Shown here in pieces: positions 1-12,478 of a stretch of 64,000 nt of DNA; position 1 is the stretch's first letter, and every line of letters starts with the position of its first letter. Source of the stretch: Eledone cirrhosa (Eukaryota). The stretch lies in assembly GCA_964016885.1 (NCBI GenBank), contig OZ024744.1:22010001-22074000 (forward strand). Reading direction: 5' to 3'. The notes beneath the pieces were generated by a model that saw only the letters and a list, made by a program, of their open reading frames with translations, searched no databases and was not told the origin of the DNA. A program made the position numbers and the translations under genes.

Positions 1-512
1 CTATCCTAAATTGTTATCTTTTGCAAAATATTGCTGTTTGCTGCCAGATATTAAACGCCAGAATATCAACATTTCCGCACACTGAATGCGTTATGCATTG
101 TTCCCCAAATAAAATCATTCCCTTTCCGATTTGCAGTCTCTGTTTCCGCTTACGGTTTTCAAGACGACCATTTTTAATATAATAATCTCCCGCTCAACAC
201 CACTTATGTTCATTTCAACAATGATATATTAAAAAGGAAAAAGAAAAGAAAAAAGAAAAAATTCTTGTACCACATTTTTATCTACCACTTCTCCTTATTT
301 CTCCTCTTCTGCCAGTCATGATTCTCACACACACACACACACAGCATGCTCTTTCTTATTCTCCCCCACCTCTCTCGGTGTCTCTCTGTCTCCCTCTTTC
401 TCTCTCTATCTCTTTTATCTCTCTCTATCTCTTGTAACATATGTCAAGAAAAGCCCCATATTTTCTATAAGTGTTTCGAATAATAGCTTCATAACGAGAC
501 GAACATAACGTA

Positions 513-560
513 TACTACTACTACTACTACTACTACTAATAATAATAATAATAATAATAA

Positions 561-600
<40 letters not shown>

Positions 601-622
601 GCTGCTGGTAATAATAATTATT
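513..622. repeat. compound trinucleotide microsatellite (TAC)n(TAA)n(TGC)n
   Basis: Read directly from the sequence. Confidence 0.9.
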
Positions 623-632
623 AACTCTAATA

Positions 633-835
633 TTGGCACGAGGCCAGCAATATTTTTTGGCGGGAAAAGTCGATTATACCGCCCCGAGTTTGGACTGGCA
701 CATTTTTATCGACCTCAGAAAGATGAAAAGGAAAAGTTGACCTGGGCGACATTTGAACTCATAACATAAAAGGCCGTCACTAAATGTTACAGAATAATTT
801 GCTCGGCGTTCTATCAACTCCTCTGCAAATTCACA
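633..835 (-). mobile_element. diverged tRNA-derived SINE copy
   Basis: Reverse complement contains gagttcaaatg (B box), caacttttccttttcatc and gtcgataaaa, matching the SINE at 4713-4882. Confidence 0.7.
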
Positions 836-1000
836 TCATCATCATCATCATCATCGCATAAAACAACGTAGGCACAAGGTGAATTATAAGATGATCTATT
901 AAAGTCGCTTATACAGAATCGCGTTTCCCATTTCATATATGCATATATATATATATATATATATGCATATATGCATATATGAAATGGGAAAAGCGATTCT

Positions 1001-1052
<52 letters not shown>

Positions 1053-1180
1053 AAAGTTATATTTAAATTGTTGGGTTAACAACGAGTAAATATTTATAAC
1101 TGATATAAAAGCACTCAACAAGTATTTGGAGTATATATATGATATTAAATAAATGGAAACTATATTTATAAAACCATATT

Positions 1181-1246
1181 TATTTCGTTATATATATTTC
1201 AGGGATATCATATTAACAATATGTTATGCCTTCTTCAGACAAAATA
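1181..1246 (-). ncRNA. minimal type-I hammerhead ribozyme (family A)
   Basis: Mirror copy of 2768-2833. Confidence 0.75.
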
Positions 1247-1551
1247 CAATATAAACAGTCTTATAAATAAATAGATACGACATACCTTTCAATCCCCTTG
1301 CATTTGGGAGGTTGATTTGGCAATAAAAAATATTGTGGACAGTTGTAAAAAGAAAGAGAGAAAGAAAGAAAGAAAGAGAAACGAAGAAAAAGAAGAAATG
1401 CATGTGACTAAATAGAGAGATATAGAAAGATAGATAAAGAGAAGAACTACATGTAAAGAAACAGAGAGAAATATATATAGAGAGAGGAAAAAAGAAAGAG
1501 ATAGATAGAGATAGATAGAGAAACTAGGAAGTTGAGTATCGGTTGATACAT

Positions 1552-1586
<35 letters not shown>

Positions 1587-2767
1587 GCTCTAGTATTAAT
1601 GTAAAGAGAGATGTATCTAGTCAAGAGAGAAAATAGCCGTTATATAGAGATATATAAACTTTTGGAATGATTTCTGCTAGACAGGATTTGGTAAACAATT
1701 TTTGTTTTATCTGTTTCGACTCTGATGCTTATGATGAACTTGGCAATATATTGTCAATTAACTTTGAAAGGCTGATCTCTGTGGCCGATTTGCGTGGCAT
1801 AATGTTTTATTTTTATTATTTTTTAATATTTTGTAATATTTTTTATTTTTTTATTTTTAATATTAAATGTTTTAGTTTTCTGTTTATTTATTTATTTTCT
1901 TGTCTCTGATATTTTTATTTTTATTTTTATTTTTATTTTTATTTTTATTTTTATTTTTATTTTTATTAATATATTGAAATCTGTTCTCTATTTCTGCTTG
2001 ATCGACAATCATGTCGAGTAAAGACAAAAATAGTATTGTTAAAATTAATATAGACTCTATATATATGTGTATATATACACACATATATGTATACTTGAAT
2101 TTTTATAGCACAATGAGAATGTTTTCGTGTGAATTGGGAGTTTGTTTATAATTATGATATAAACATATGAATTTTTTAAAAACTAGACATAAGATCATTA
2201 CTTTCACACATTATAGATACATGTCTCATTCATGAATACTGATATTTACATTATAATGCCTGTTTTATACGAACTAATATTTTCTACATGATGAAACATA
2301 GGGTTTTTAAATTCTGCCTCGTTTATGTCTGGTTGTGTTTCATTTTCTCTTTTTCATTTTCTCTTTTTTTCTCTCTATATAACGGCTATTTTCTCTCTTG
2401 ACTACATACATCTCTCTTTACATTAATACTAGAGCTAAATAAATAAATAAATAAATAAATAAATGTATCAACCGATACTCAACTTCCTAGTTTCTCTATC
2501 TATCTCTATCTATCTCTTTCTTTTTTCCTCTCTCTATATATATTTCTCTCTGTTTCTTTACATGAAGTTCTTCTCTTTATCTATCTTTCTATATCTCTCT
2601 ATTTAGTCACATGCATTTCTTCTTTTTCTTCGTTTCTCTTTCTTTCTTTCTTTCTCTCTTTCTTTTTACAACTGTCCACAATATTTTTTACTGCCAAATC
2701 AACCTCCCAAATGCAAGGTGATTGAAAGGTATGTCGTATCTATTTATTTATAAGACTGTTTATATTG

Positions 2768-2833
2768 TATTTTGTCTGAAGAAGGCATAACATATTGTTA
2801 ATATGATATCCCTGAAATATATATAACGAAATA
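2768..2833 (+). ncRNA. minimal type-I hammerhead ribozyme (family A)
   Basis: TATTTTGT-CTGAAGA-AGG..CATATT/AATATG..CCT-GAAA-TATATA-TA-ACGAAATA. Stems I and II pair, stem III is palindromic, predicted cleavage after 2825. Confidence 0.8.
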
Positions 2834-2870
2834 AATATGGTTTTATAAATATAGTTTCCATTTATTTAAT

Positions 2871-3092
<222 letters not shown>

Positions 3093-3229
3093 GGTATAGG
3101 ATTATCGTAGATGTAGTAATCGTTAATTACTACACTGGATATGGTTGACGTACGGTGAGAGGTTACTCTACGAGTTATGGAATAATTGATGAAGAAACTT
3201 AGTTCCTGATCCTTCTGTATTCCGGAGTG

Positions 3230-3543
3230 TATATAAAGAATGAATAATAACAGGTAGAGATCATAAAAAGGTAATTTATTCCGTGTGCTTACAAATGTTT
3301 CCACGGTGGTACTACAGCCTAGTTATGCTATGTGCAAATTTACAACTATTTGCAGAACTCAAATATCCAATGGTGTGACCACTGAGCTCTGAGGATACAG
3401 TGGTCACAGCATGGGATATTTGAGTTCTGCAAATAGTTGTAAATTTGCACATAGCATAACTAGGCTGTAGTACCAGCGTGGAAACATTTGTAAGCACACG
3501 GAATAAATTACCTTTTTATGATGTCTACCTGTTATTATTCATT

Positions 3544-3552
<9 letters not shown>
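3230..3552. repeat. near-perfect hairpin, ~155-bp arms, 13-nt loop (fold-back element family B)
   Basis: 3230-3384 is the reverse complement of 3398-3552. Confidence 0.9.
3386..3495 (+). ncRNA. hammerhead ribozyme with ~85-nt extended stem II (family B)
   Basis: GCT-CTGAGGA-[TAC/GTG, TGGT/ACCA, ACAGC/GCTGT, TGCAAAT/ATTTGCA]-GAAAC-ATTT-GTA-AGC. Confidence 0.65.
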
Positions 3553-3580
<28 letters not shown>

Positions 3581-3584
<4 letters not shown>

Positions 3585-3778
3585 AACCAGTATAACCCTG
3601 ACGGCTGAGCTCAAGCCATTTCGACGGCTAATTCTGGACGTCCAGAATTAGCCGTCGAAACGGTTTGAGCTCAGCCGTCGTGGTCTTACTGGTTCCTATT
3701 ACCCACTCTACTACCCTAAGTATTGAGTACTTTGGTGCGTTATGGTCCACCTGGTTCCTTACCACATTTCCTACGTTA
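3581..3778 (+). mobile_element. fold-back fragment of family C (palindrome 3581-3698 plus tail) carrying the 3' half of a hammerhead
   Basis: Palindrome centred on GGAC|GTCC and containing GAAACGG-TTTGAGCTCA-GCCGTC. Homologous to 14238-14453 and 32113-32170. Confidence 0.75.
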
Positions 3779-3800
3779 TATATATAAATATATATATATG

Positions 3801-3968
<168 letters not shown>

Positions 3969-4217
3969 CATACATACATATATATATATATATACATACA
4001 TATATATATATATATTTATATTTATATATGAATATATTAAAGAGTTAAACAAGATTCAATGAGTATATCAAAGAATGAGTTTTACAGTAGAGTGGAAGCA
4101 CTCTACGGGAAATAATGTTCCAGAGTTATTAATATTGAAATACAAATATTAATAAAATATTAATATAATGTAATTGATCAAAAGAACATCTATTTTATTA
4201 ATATTTGTATTTTAATA

Positions 4218-4319
<102 letters not shown>

Positions 4320-4332
4320 TATATATATATAT

Positions 4333-4440
4333 ATTTCGTTTCTGAATTTGTTTACAAGATTCTTTATCTGAAATCGTGTGTTGAAACCGATATTGTTATA
4401 CTTTGGGAGGGTCATGTTGCCAATAAGAAACACACGCACC
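4333..4440. mobile_element. short (TA)n-associated dispersed repeat, internally rearranged relative to the copy at 27525-27590
   Basis: Both copies share atattgttatactttgggagggtcatgttgccaataagaaacacacgc. The aaattcagaaacgaaa segment is in opposite orientation. Confidence 0.6.
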
Positions 4441-4555
4441 AGTTGCTTTCACTTCAATTTATTATATATTTATAAATTTATAAATTTACAAATCTACAAA
4501 CTTATAAATTTCTGGTTGGTTGGTTGGTTCCACAACCAGATAGTTGTTTATATAT

Positions 4556-4600
4556 AGTCATAGTCCTTTCGTCACACACTCTGTGACGTCTTCAGTGACT
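4556..4600 (-). ncRNA. minimal type-I hammerhead ribozyme (family D)
   Basis: Minus strand AGTCA-CTGAAGA-C-GTCACA-GAGTG-TGTGAC-GAAA-GGAC-TA-TGACT, with a perfect 5-bp stem I and 6-bp stem II. Confidence 0.8.
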
Positions 4601-4712
4601 GGGGATTCCTTTCTTTGTTTCTGTGCCTTTCCTTTCTTTGTTTCTGTGCCTTTCCTTTCTGTGTAATCTGCATTAGTAAACGAAAAACGAATGAATATTA
4701 TTATATGTTATG

Positions 4713-4882
4713 GGGCGGTGGATTGGCAGTATCGGTGGAGGGTCGGACATGCTTTCAGCATAGTTACGTCCCTTTACGATCTGAGTTCAAATCCCGCCGA
4801 GGTTAACTTTGCTTTTCATCCTTACGGGGTCGATAAAATAAAGTACCAGTAATGTACTGGCCCTGTGCCTAAAATAGAAACA
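4713..4882 (+). mobile_element. tRNA-derived SINE with 16-bp target-site duplication
   Basis: A-box-like TGGCAGTATCGG, B box GAGTTCAAATCC, central CATCCTTACGGGGTCGATAAAAT (Deu/Nin-like). TSD attattatatgttatg at 4697-4712 and 4883-4898. Confidence 0.9.
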
Positions 4883-5872
4883 ATTATTATATGTTATGCA
4901 GGTGGTTTGGAAGAATGTTTAGAGCCAGAACAAATACCGCTGGGACCATGAAGCGGCTCCCATACACATGACCTGCCACACATAAAACAACGGTCAACCC
5001 TCCCCCCTACTACCACCCCACCCACTATCAGCGCCCGCACCGTTGTGGTAGCGATGTTGGGTTGAATTTAATTTAGTTAGAGAAATGTGATCTTGAGTCA
5101 ACCACGTGTAAACCGTAAGACAGTCGAACCAGATATCCAACAATAATTGTTCCGTGACTTCAATTTTTGTAAAGCTGCTCGAGACCTCTGGTGCCCTTGG
5201 TAACTGTACTACCGCACTGCTGATTACTTCCGCAAAATCGGAAATAAAGCAACCTGCTTAAGGAAGGAACCCTGTGAGGTGGGGTGGTTGTTACTGCTGT
5301 TTTCCCTGGCCATTCTCCGCAGTAATATCTTTGTCAATATGTCTGCGGTGTACGACTGAAACTCAGCTCAGAGTCTCCCTCACTATCTCCAATTCTTTTG
5401 TTGCTTCATTCTTCTTTCTATTTCTTCTTTTCATTTTATTTTTTTCCTTTTCTGTTCCTTTTAGTTGTTTTTATTAGATACTAAAAAATTATTTTTATAT
5501 AATGTCAATGGATTTTCATGAACGTCTGTGGCCCGTCTGAGGAAGGGGTCCCGTGAGGTAGGGTGACTGTTGCAGCGGGTGTCACTGGCTATTGTCTGCG
5601 AGAATGCTTTTGCGGTCTAGTCCGCGGGGGTCAGCTCCATTACCACCACGCCCATAGCCCCTCCCCCTCCCCATTTTTCTCTGACATTAGAGACCTTGCC
5701 ATTCCCTACTTTTTTTCTCTTTTTTCTCTATATTTTCCTATTTTACATTCCATTCTTCTCAATTTATATTATCGATTCTTCTATTTCTATTAAACTGTTT
5801 TTATATATATTCCAGAAATAAAGTTAGTTGTATGATTGTAGAATTAACAGAAATCTTGGCAATGAACTGGCC

Positions 5873-6850
5873 AGGTGGTGGTGGTGGTGGTGGCGGTGAT
5901 GGTGATGGTGCTACTGATAGTGGTGATGGTGATGATGGTGGTGATAGTGGTGGTAATGGTGGCGCTGGTGGTGTTTATAGTGGTGATGATAGTGGTGGTG
6001 GTGGGCCGGTGGTGGTGGAGGTGGTGTTGATGATGTTGGTGGTGGTATTGGTGAATGTGATGGTTGTGAGGGTGAGGGTGTTAGCGGTGAAGGTAGTGGT
6101 GGTGTTGGTGGTGGTGGCGGTATTGGTGGTGCTGGTGGTGAGGGTGGGGGGTAGGGGTGGGGTGGGGGTTGTTATTTGTGGTGGTGATGGTGGTTGTGAT
6201 GTTGGTGATGCAGTTGATGTTGCTGAACTGATGATAATGATACTTATGATGATAATTATGATGTTGCTGATGATGATGATGGTGTTGGTGGTTTTACGAT
6301 GGTGATGATGTTGATGGTGATGGTGATGGTGGTGATGTTGATGGTGATGGTGATGGTGATGGTGGTAATGATGGCAGTGATGATGATGGTGAAGATGGTG
6401 ATGATGATGATCGTGATGATGGTATTGATGGTTGTGATGATGGTGGTGGTGATGATGGTGATGATGATGATGGTGATGATGTTGATGGTGATGTTGATGG
6501 TGGGGATGATGATGGTGATGATGGTGTTGATGGTTTTACGATGGTGATGATGTTGATGATGATGGTGATGGTAAGGATGGTGATGATGATGGTGGTAATG
6601 ATGGCAGTGATGATGATGGTGAAGATGGTGATGATGATCGTGATGATGGTATTGATGGTTGTGATGATGGTGGCGGTGATGATGGTGGTGATGATGATGG
6701 TGTTGATGATGTTGATGGTGATATTGATAGTGGGGATGATGATGGTGACGGTGGTGATGATGATGGTGATAGTGACGGTGGTGATGATGATTGTGATGAT
6801 GATGGTGACGGTGATGGTTATGATGATGGTGATAGCGCTGCTGCTGATGT
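5873..6850. repeat. degenerate (GGT)n/(GAT)n tract with an internal ~242-bp duplication
   Basis: The landmark ggttttacgatggtgatgatgttgatg occurs at ~6290 and ~6532. Confidence 0.9.
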
Positions 6851-7054
6851 AACGCTGAAGACGTAATACATAAAACTACTGCAATAAAGTGACGTAATAC
6901 ACATTGCTATAGTTTTGTGAGAGATCTTTCAATAAGACGTAAAACTCGATATTTTCTCTTCGTTTATTTCTACGACGTCTGTAGTAATTTATCCAGATGG
7001 CCATTACAGATACATTTAACATATGTCCAGACGATTTATCAACTCTTCACACAC

Positions 7055-7267
7055 CCCTCTCCCTCTATCTATATATCTATCTCTCTATCTATCTATCTAT
7101 CTCTATCTCTCTTTCTTTCACTCCCTCTCTCTCTCTCCCTTTCTCTCTATCTCTCTCTCTCTACCCCCACTCTCTTTCTCTTTCTTTCTCTCTCCCTCCC
7201 CCTCTCTACCTCTCTCTCTCCCTCTCTTTCTTTCTCTCTCTCTCTCTATTTTTCTCTCTCTACCCCA

Positions 7268-7298
<31 letters not shown>

Positions 7299-7460
7299 AT
7301 CTCTCCCTCCCCCTCTCTCCCTCTCTTTCTTTCACTCTCTCTCTCTCTTTCTCTCTCCCTCTCCATGCCTACTCTCCCATCTCCCCTCTCTCTCCCTCTC
7401 CCTTTCTCCCTCTCCCTCTCTCCCTCTCCACCCCCTGCCTCTCCCTGCCCCCCCCCCCCC
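7055..7460. repeat. polypyrimidine (CT)n-rich tract
   Basis: Read directly from the sequence. Confidence 0.9.
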
Positions 7461-7611
7461 TCACACACTCACACACACACATATACATATAAGCCTATAA
7501 ACATCTACATATATCAATATATGTACATTTATACAGACACTTAATATCTCTCTCTTTGTGTGTCTTTCTTATTTTCTCCCCCCTCTCTCTTTCTCGCACT
7601 TTCTTTCACGC

Positions 7612-7975
7612 ACACACATGTGAGCATATACATAATTACATATATACACACACATGTGAGCATATACATAATTACATATATACACACACATGTGAGCATA
7701 TACATAATTACATATATACACACACATGTGAGCATATACATAATTACATATATACACACACATGTGAGCATATACATAATTACATATATACACACACATG
7801 TGAGCATATACATAATTACATATATACACACACATGTGAGCATATACATAATTACATATATACATACACATGTCAGCATATACATAATTACATATATACA
7901 TACACATGTCAGCATATACATAATTACATATATACATACACATGTGAGCATATACATAATTACATATATACATAT
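7612..7975. repeat. 36-bp minisatellite, about 10 copies
   Basis: Unit catgtgagcatatacataattacatatatacacaca; gives a 12-aa period in the ORF track. Confidence 0.95.
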
Positions 7976-8392
7976 AAAAACACTCATACACACTCACACA
8001 CATATAAATATATGAATATATGTACATTCATACACACATTTATTATCTTTCACTTTCTTTCACACACATACACATGTGAACATATACATACCTACATATA
8101 TACATATATGCACATTCATGTATGCATACACACTTCCGTGGCAAGTGATTAGGCTGTGCACCTTGTATCTATGTATTTCAAAGCTCGATTCTGATTCGCG
8201 GCACCTTGAACAAATAGAATTCTGTCATAGACTGGAGATAATCAATAACTTAAAAGGGGAATTTAGCAGAAACCGTTGTTATTATATCTTTTTATACATA
8301 CATTTGGAGAGCACTCTAAATATATAAATCTATGTAATTCTGGAAAATAATTATCGGTCGCACTCCGACAGGTTTGCAGTCGAGCCCCTAGG

Positions 8393-8548
8393 AGTGGAGA
8401 CCTCTGGCGTCCTTGGCCCTAGGACCAACTCGCTACTCACCACCATCGGCACAGAGCTGGCTACCTGTATCAGTGGAGACTTCTGGTGTCCTAGGCCCTA
8501 GGGCTACCTCCCTACTCACCAGCACCATAGACGCAGAGCTGGCTAACC
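8393..8548. repeat. two diverged ~79-bp direct repeats in a GC-rich island (8355-8735), probably a transposon remnant
   Basis: agtggagacYtctggYgtcctWggccctagg...cagagctggcta at 8393 and 8472. Confidence 0.7.
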
Positions 8549-9567
8549 GCAGGTGTGAGCCTCGTGAGATGGAATAACTCTTCCAGCGCATCTCCCTCAG
8601 CGTCCGCCGGGGCTGTGAGCGGCCAGCGGCGCGTGGTACCCCATTTGCTCATAATAGTGGGAGACGAGGAGGGCGGGAGAGACGGAGGTGATGACAGTGG
8701 GGGCTTGGCTCCTCTGTGTTCAGAGTTATCCATGTGTTATCTCAAACTTTAATTATCTACTTCTATATTTAGTTTTATTGTATTACATTATAAATAATTG
8801 TTTCTACTTTAGACACAAGGCCAGCAAATACCCAGTACATTACTGGTACTTTACATTATAAATAATATTAATACATATGAAGTATAATATAGAAAGTGTG
8901 ATACTTATGTTTTCCTGTCAACTTTTCAGGAAAAATATCTTTAAACTAGGATTCTTATGAAATTATAAACTTTCTTTTCGATTTTTAAATTATATTTATA
9001 TTTATATGTCTAACGTATAATTGACTAACTACGGTCCTCCTCCTTATTATGATCAATATACACATATATATGTTCTCATATAACATTTCTTCTAATCTTT
9101 AATCATATGTCTGTTAATGTATGGATGTACAGAAGTTCAACATTTTATATTGTTTTTAATATACAGCTTCTGCTTTGCTGTTGCTTTTGAATGCACTTGT
9201 AATTAAAAAGTATTAATTAGTATGGCATGAACTTCGTCCGTTATATAGAGTTATCTCATGTAATACAGTTGACACTTGAAACAATATCTAAACTCCTCAA
9301 GAGCGATGGACAGATACCGCGTGCTTATCGTGGCCACCTCTCTACATTGAAACATGTAGAATAAAGATATGTTTTAAGTATAACTTATTTTTTCCATTAA
9401 TATATATATGTATATATATATATATGAATGTAATCTGAGTTTTTCGAATATTAATAATAATATTCGATTCGTTTGCAACTATGCCAACACAAGAGCAAGA
9501 ATGAGGGGCTCATTCTACTGGCATGGTTTAAAAGAAGCTGTTTGCATAATTGAAAACAAATCGAATA

Positions 9568-9710
9568 AGCATAGTTACGTCCCTTTACGATCTGAGTTCA
9601 AATCCCGCCGAGGTTGACTTTGCCTTTCATCCTTACGGGGTCGATAAAATAAAGTACCAGTAATGCACTGTATATTTGCTGGCCTCGTGCCTAAAGTAGA
9701 AACAATTATT
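9568..9710 (+). mobile_element. 5'-truncated SINE copy
   Basis: Near-identical to 4757-4882 from agcatagttacgtcc onward. Confidence 0.9.
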
Positions 9711-10007
9711 AGTATTCGAAAAACTCAGATTACATTTATTGTATTCAGCCATGTAGAGCGACAACTATTTATTAGTTATTTGAATGTGGCAAAGCCGACT
9801 ATTTATCGCTCGTATACATGAAGCAGACTGGTCTATCTGCTTATATGTAAATCTGGCTGATCAGTGGGTCTGCTAATATGCAGATCTGATTGATCAGTCG
9901 CTGTATATTTCATAAAACGAATCGAATATTATAATTAATATGCAAAATACTCAAATTAGATTTATTGTATTCAGCCATGTAGAACGATAACTAACTAGTT
10001 GTTGGTC

Positions 10008-10129
<122 letters not shown>

Positions 10130-10298
10130 TGTGTATGAAAAAAAGAAACTGATGACATCACTTGTAGTTCTAAACAATTTTATAATATTATAATTTTACA
10201 AATTGGTAGATCTAGTAAGTTCATTGTCATGTTCGGTGAGAGGATTTAAAAAAAATTCCTGGAGAACTTTCTCGCATTCGTCGGTGGCGTTTGTCAGC

Positions 10299-10386
<88 letters not shown>

Positions 10387-10389
<3 letters not shown>

Positions 10390-11940
10390 TTTCTTTATGT
10401 GCACAGGGGCACAAAAGTAGGGGACAAATACAAAGGGGGAAGTTTACATACAATAAAAACGTGTAAAATATTATCACAAATGCAATTTAAAAATTAGTCG
10501 ATTTTCCCCAATAGGTGGAGACATTACATATGGGTAACACATAGCCCCGAAAAAAAATGTGCAATTCTCATCTCCAGGAGTACGAAGAGTTTGTACTCCT
10601 TTCGTCTCCTCCTCTTTTTCCTCAACCTACATTCTCGCCACTTTCAACCTCCTTTCATAAAACTTGCTGGGGTACAGCACCTCTCTCTCCATCTTGATTC
10701 TTCTTCCAAAGTGGTATTTGAAAAAAAAGAATCAGTTGTTGGCCGGAGAGAAAGGTGTCTGACCTCAGCCCTTTCAACCTTGTCCACCATACAACCTCTT
10801 TCGCCATAGCTATCAGACAAAGGAAAACCTCCTCTCCTTCGTTTTTGAAGGAGGGTGGCGGTTTGATCATGACAATGGACTCGGTGGTCAACCGGATTGG
10901 TCCCACCTGCGACAATAGTCGTTCTACATAGCCTCACAGGTCGGTGACGCCCGGGCAGTGTATGAATGCGTGCGCGACGGTTTCTTCCTCTCGCACGCAC
11001 CCCGGACAGATCTTTTTGCAGGGTCCCTGCCCGGGCGCCCATGTCTGTAGAGCTTGTCTCGAACTGGCAGAGCTCCTCGGTAGTACTGCCAGGCCAGAGA
11101 CCTTTCGAAGTTGTCCATCGATCCCGGGCGGAAGGTCCTACCGAACAGACTGGCCAGTTCGTCTTCCTCTACGCCTAGAGTTCCACCGAGCGCGTCCTCG
11201 CACATACTGCGGACCAACCCTCTATTGAATGACGAAGTGGAGTCTCCACTGATCGCCGGGTCCGCCTGCCAGAGGGCTGTGAGCGCCTGAGCACATTCGA
11301 TGTGCCAGTCGCCCATTTTCCTTGGTCTTTTCTTGACCCAGGACTGCAGCTCAGTCAGCGAGACGAGTCGTGGGAAGGCTCGCCTCACGAACGCGGCCCA
11401 CACCGGTTGTCCGGTGAGGAATACGTAGAGATACCGCAGTCTGAGCGCGTGTTTGCGCATCGTCAGCCACAGCAACCCAGCCCTCCGTTGGAAGGTTTTT
11501 GGCAGCAGATGGATCTTCTCACCAAAGGAGCCCGCCTCTTCCAAAGGTATTGGAAGAGCGCGCGCTCCATTTTGGTAAGCGTTTTGGCTGGGCAAGGCAC
11601 GACGCTCAAGCGGTAGTAGATGGCGGACGCTATAAAAGTGTTCGCCACCTCCGCTCGACCTTTCAAGGATAGTTTGCACTTCTGGGTGAGTGCAAACACC
11701 TTGGCCGTCACCTCGTTGCAGTTGTTCTCCACCTGGAGGTCCGGCCCAAACCAGACCCGAGCAGCTTTACCGGTCCTTCCGTCCAGCGTCCGACGACGCC
11801 ATCGGAAGCATCGGTTTGCCTCTTCACGATCCGAGTTGCAAACCGACGGATTTGTCCCGGTTCAGCTTCGCTACTGTGAACCTTTCGTATTCCTTCAGTA
11901 AGGTGCCGACTTCCTCGATTTGCGAGGTGCTCGACACCAT
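10387..11940 (-). mobile_element. 5'-truncated Tx1/L1-clade LINE (C-terminal half of ORF2, frameshifted, plus 3' UTR)
   Basis: ORFs 11463-11732 and 10924-11679 align with ORF 21584-22849 (LSLKGRAEVAN, GGLG, RSLAWQ). The 3' end abuts (TC)n. Confidence 0.9.
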
Positions 11941-12015
11941 AGATAGATAGATATATAATAGAAAAAGACGAGGAAGTTTCGTTTACATATAAAAATTATT
12001 TATTGTATATCGGTC

Positions 12016-12096
12016 TGTTACGCGTGTTTTGGAGAGGATTGGCTCAATGTAACCCATAGGAGTTATGGACTCAAGTATCGATCTGCTCGTCAGACA
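12016..12096 (-). ncRNA. degenerate hammerhead-like motif (family E)
   Basis: TGT-CTGACGA-G..(TAACTC/GGGTTA hairpin)..C-aAAAC-ACGCG-TA-ACA. The G of GAAA is lost. Confidence 0.4.
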
Positions 12097-12206
12097 AGCG
12101 ATGTGACAAAAAAACCCGGGTCCATTTTTTTTTATTATACACACACTGCCTGTGCATAGAGTGTTTGGTTTGGTACCAACACCAGTAATTCAATTTACTG
12201 CCCATA

Positions 12207-12271
<65 letters not shown>

Positions 12272-12278
<7 letters not shown>

Positions 12279-12478
12279 AAGGTTTAGTAAATAATGAAAA
12301 AGTTTCAAAATAAATTTTAAAAAATTGACTTTACCTCTTTCTTTGCAACGAAGGCCGTATGGTCTCCGTTTTATTTTTGGGATTCGAAACCGATCGGTAA
12401 AGGTAACTATAGTAGGTAAAGTCAATTTTTTTTAATTTATTTTGAAACTTTTTCATTATTTACTAAACCTTGTTTATA
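12272..12478. mobile_element. fold-back element with ~63-bp inverted arms and a hammerhead-type 3' half
   Basis: Arms 12272-12336 / 12414-12478. The spacer has GAAAC-CGATCG-GTA (palindromic stem III) at 12386-12399. Flanked by (TA)n. Confidence 0.65.

Noticed and set aside
4713-4800. tRNA gene
   Set aside because: The A/B boxes belong to a multi-copy SINE head with TSD, and there is no cloverleaf.
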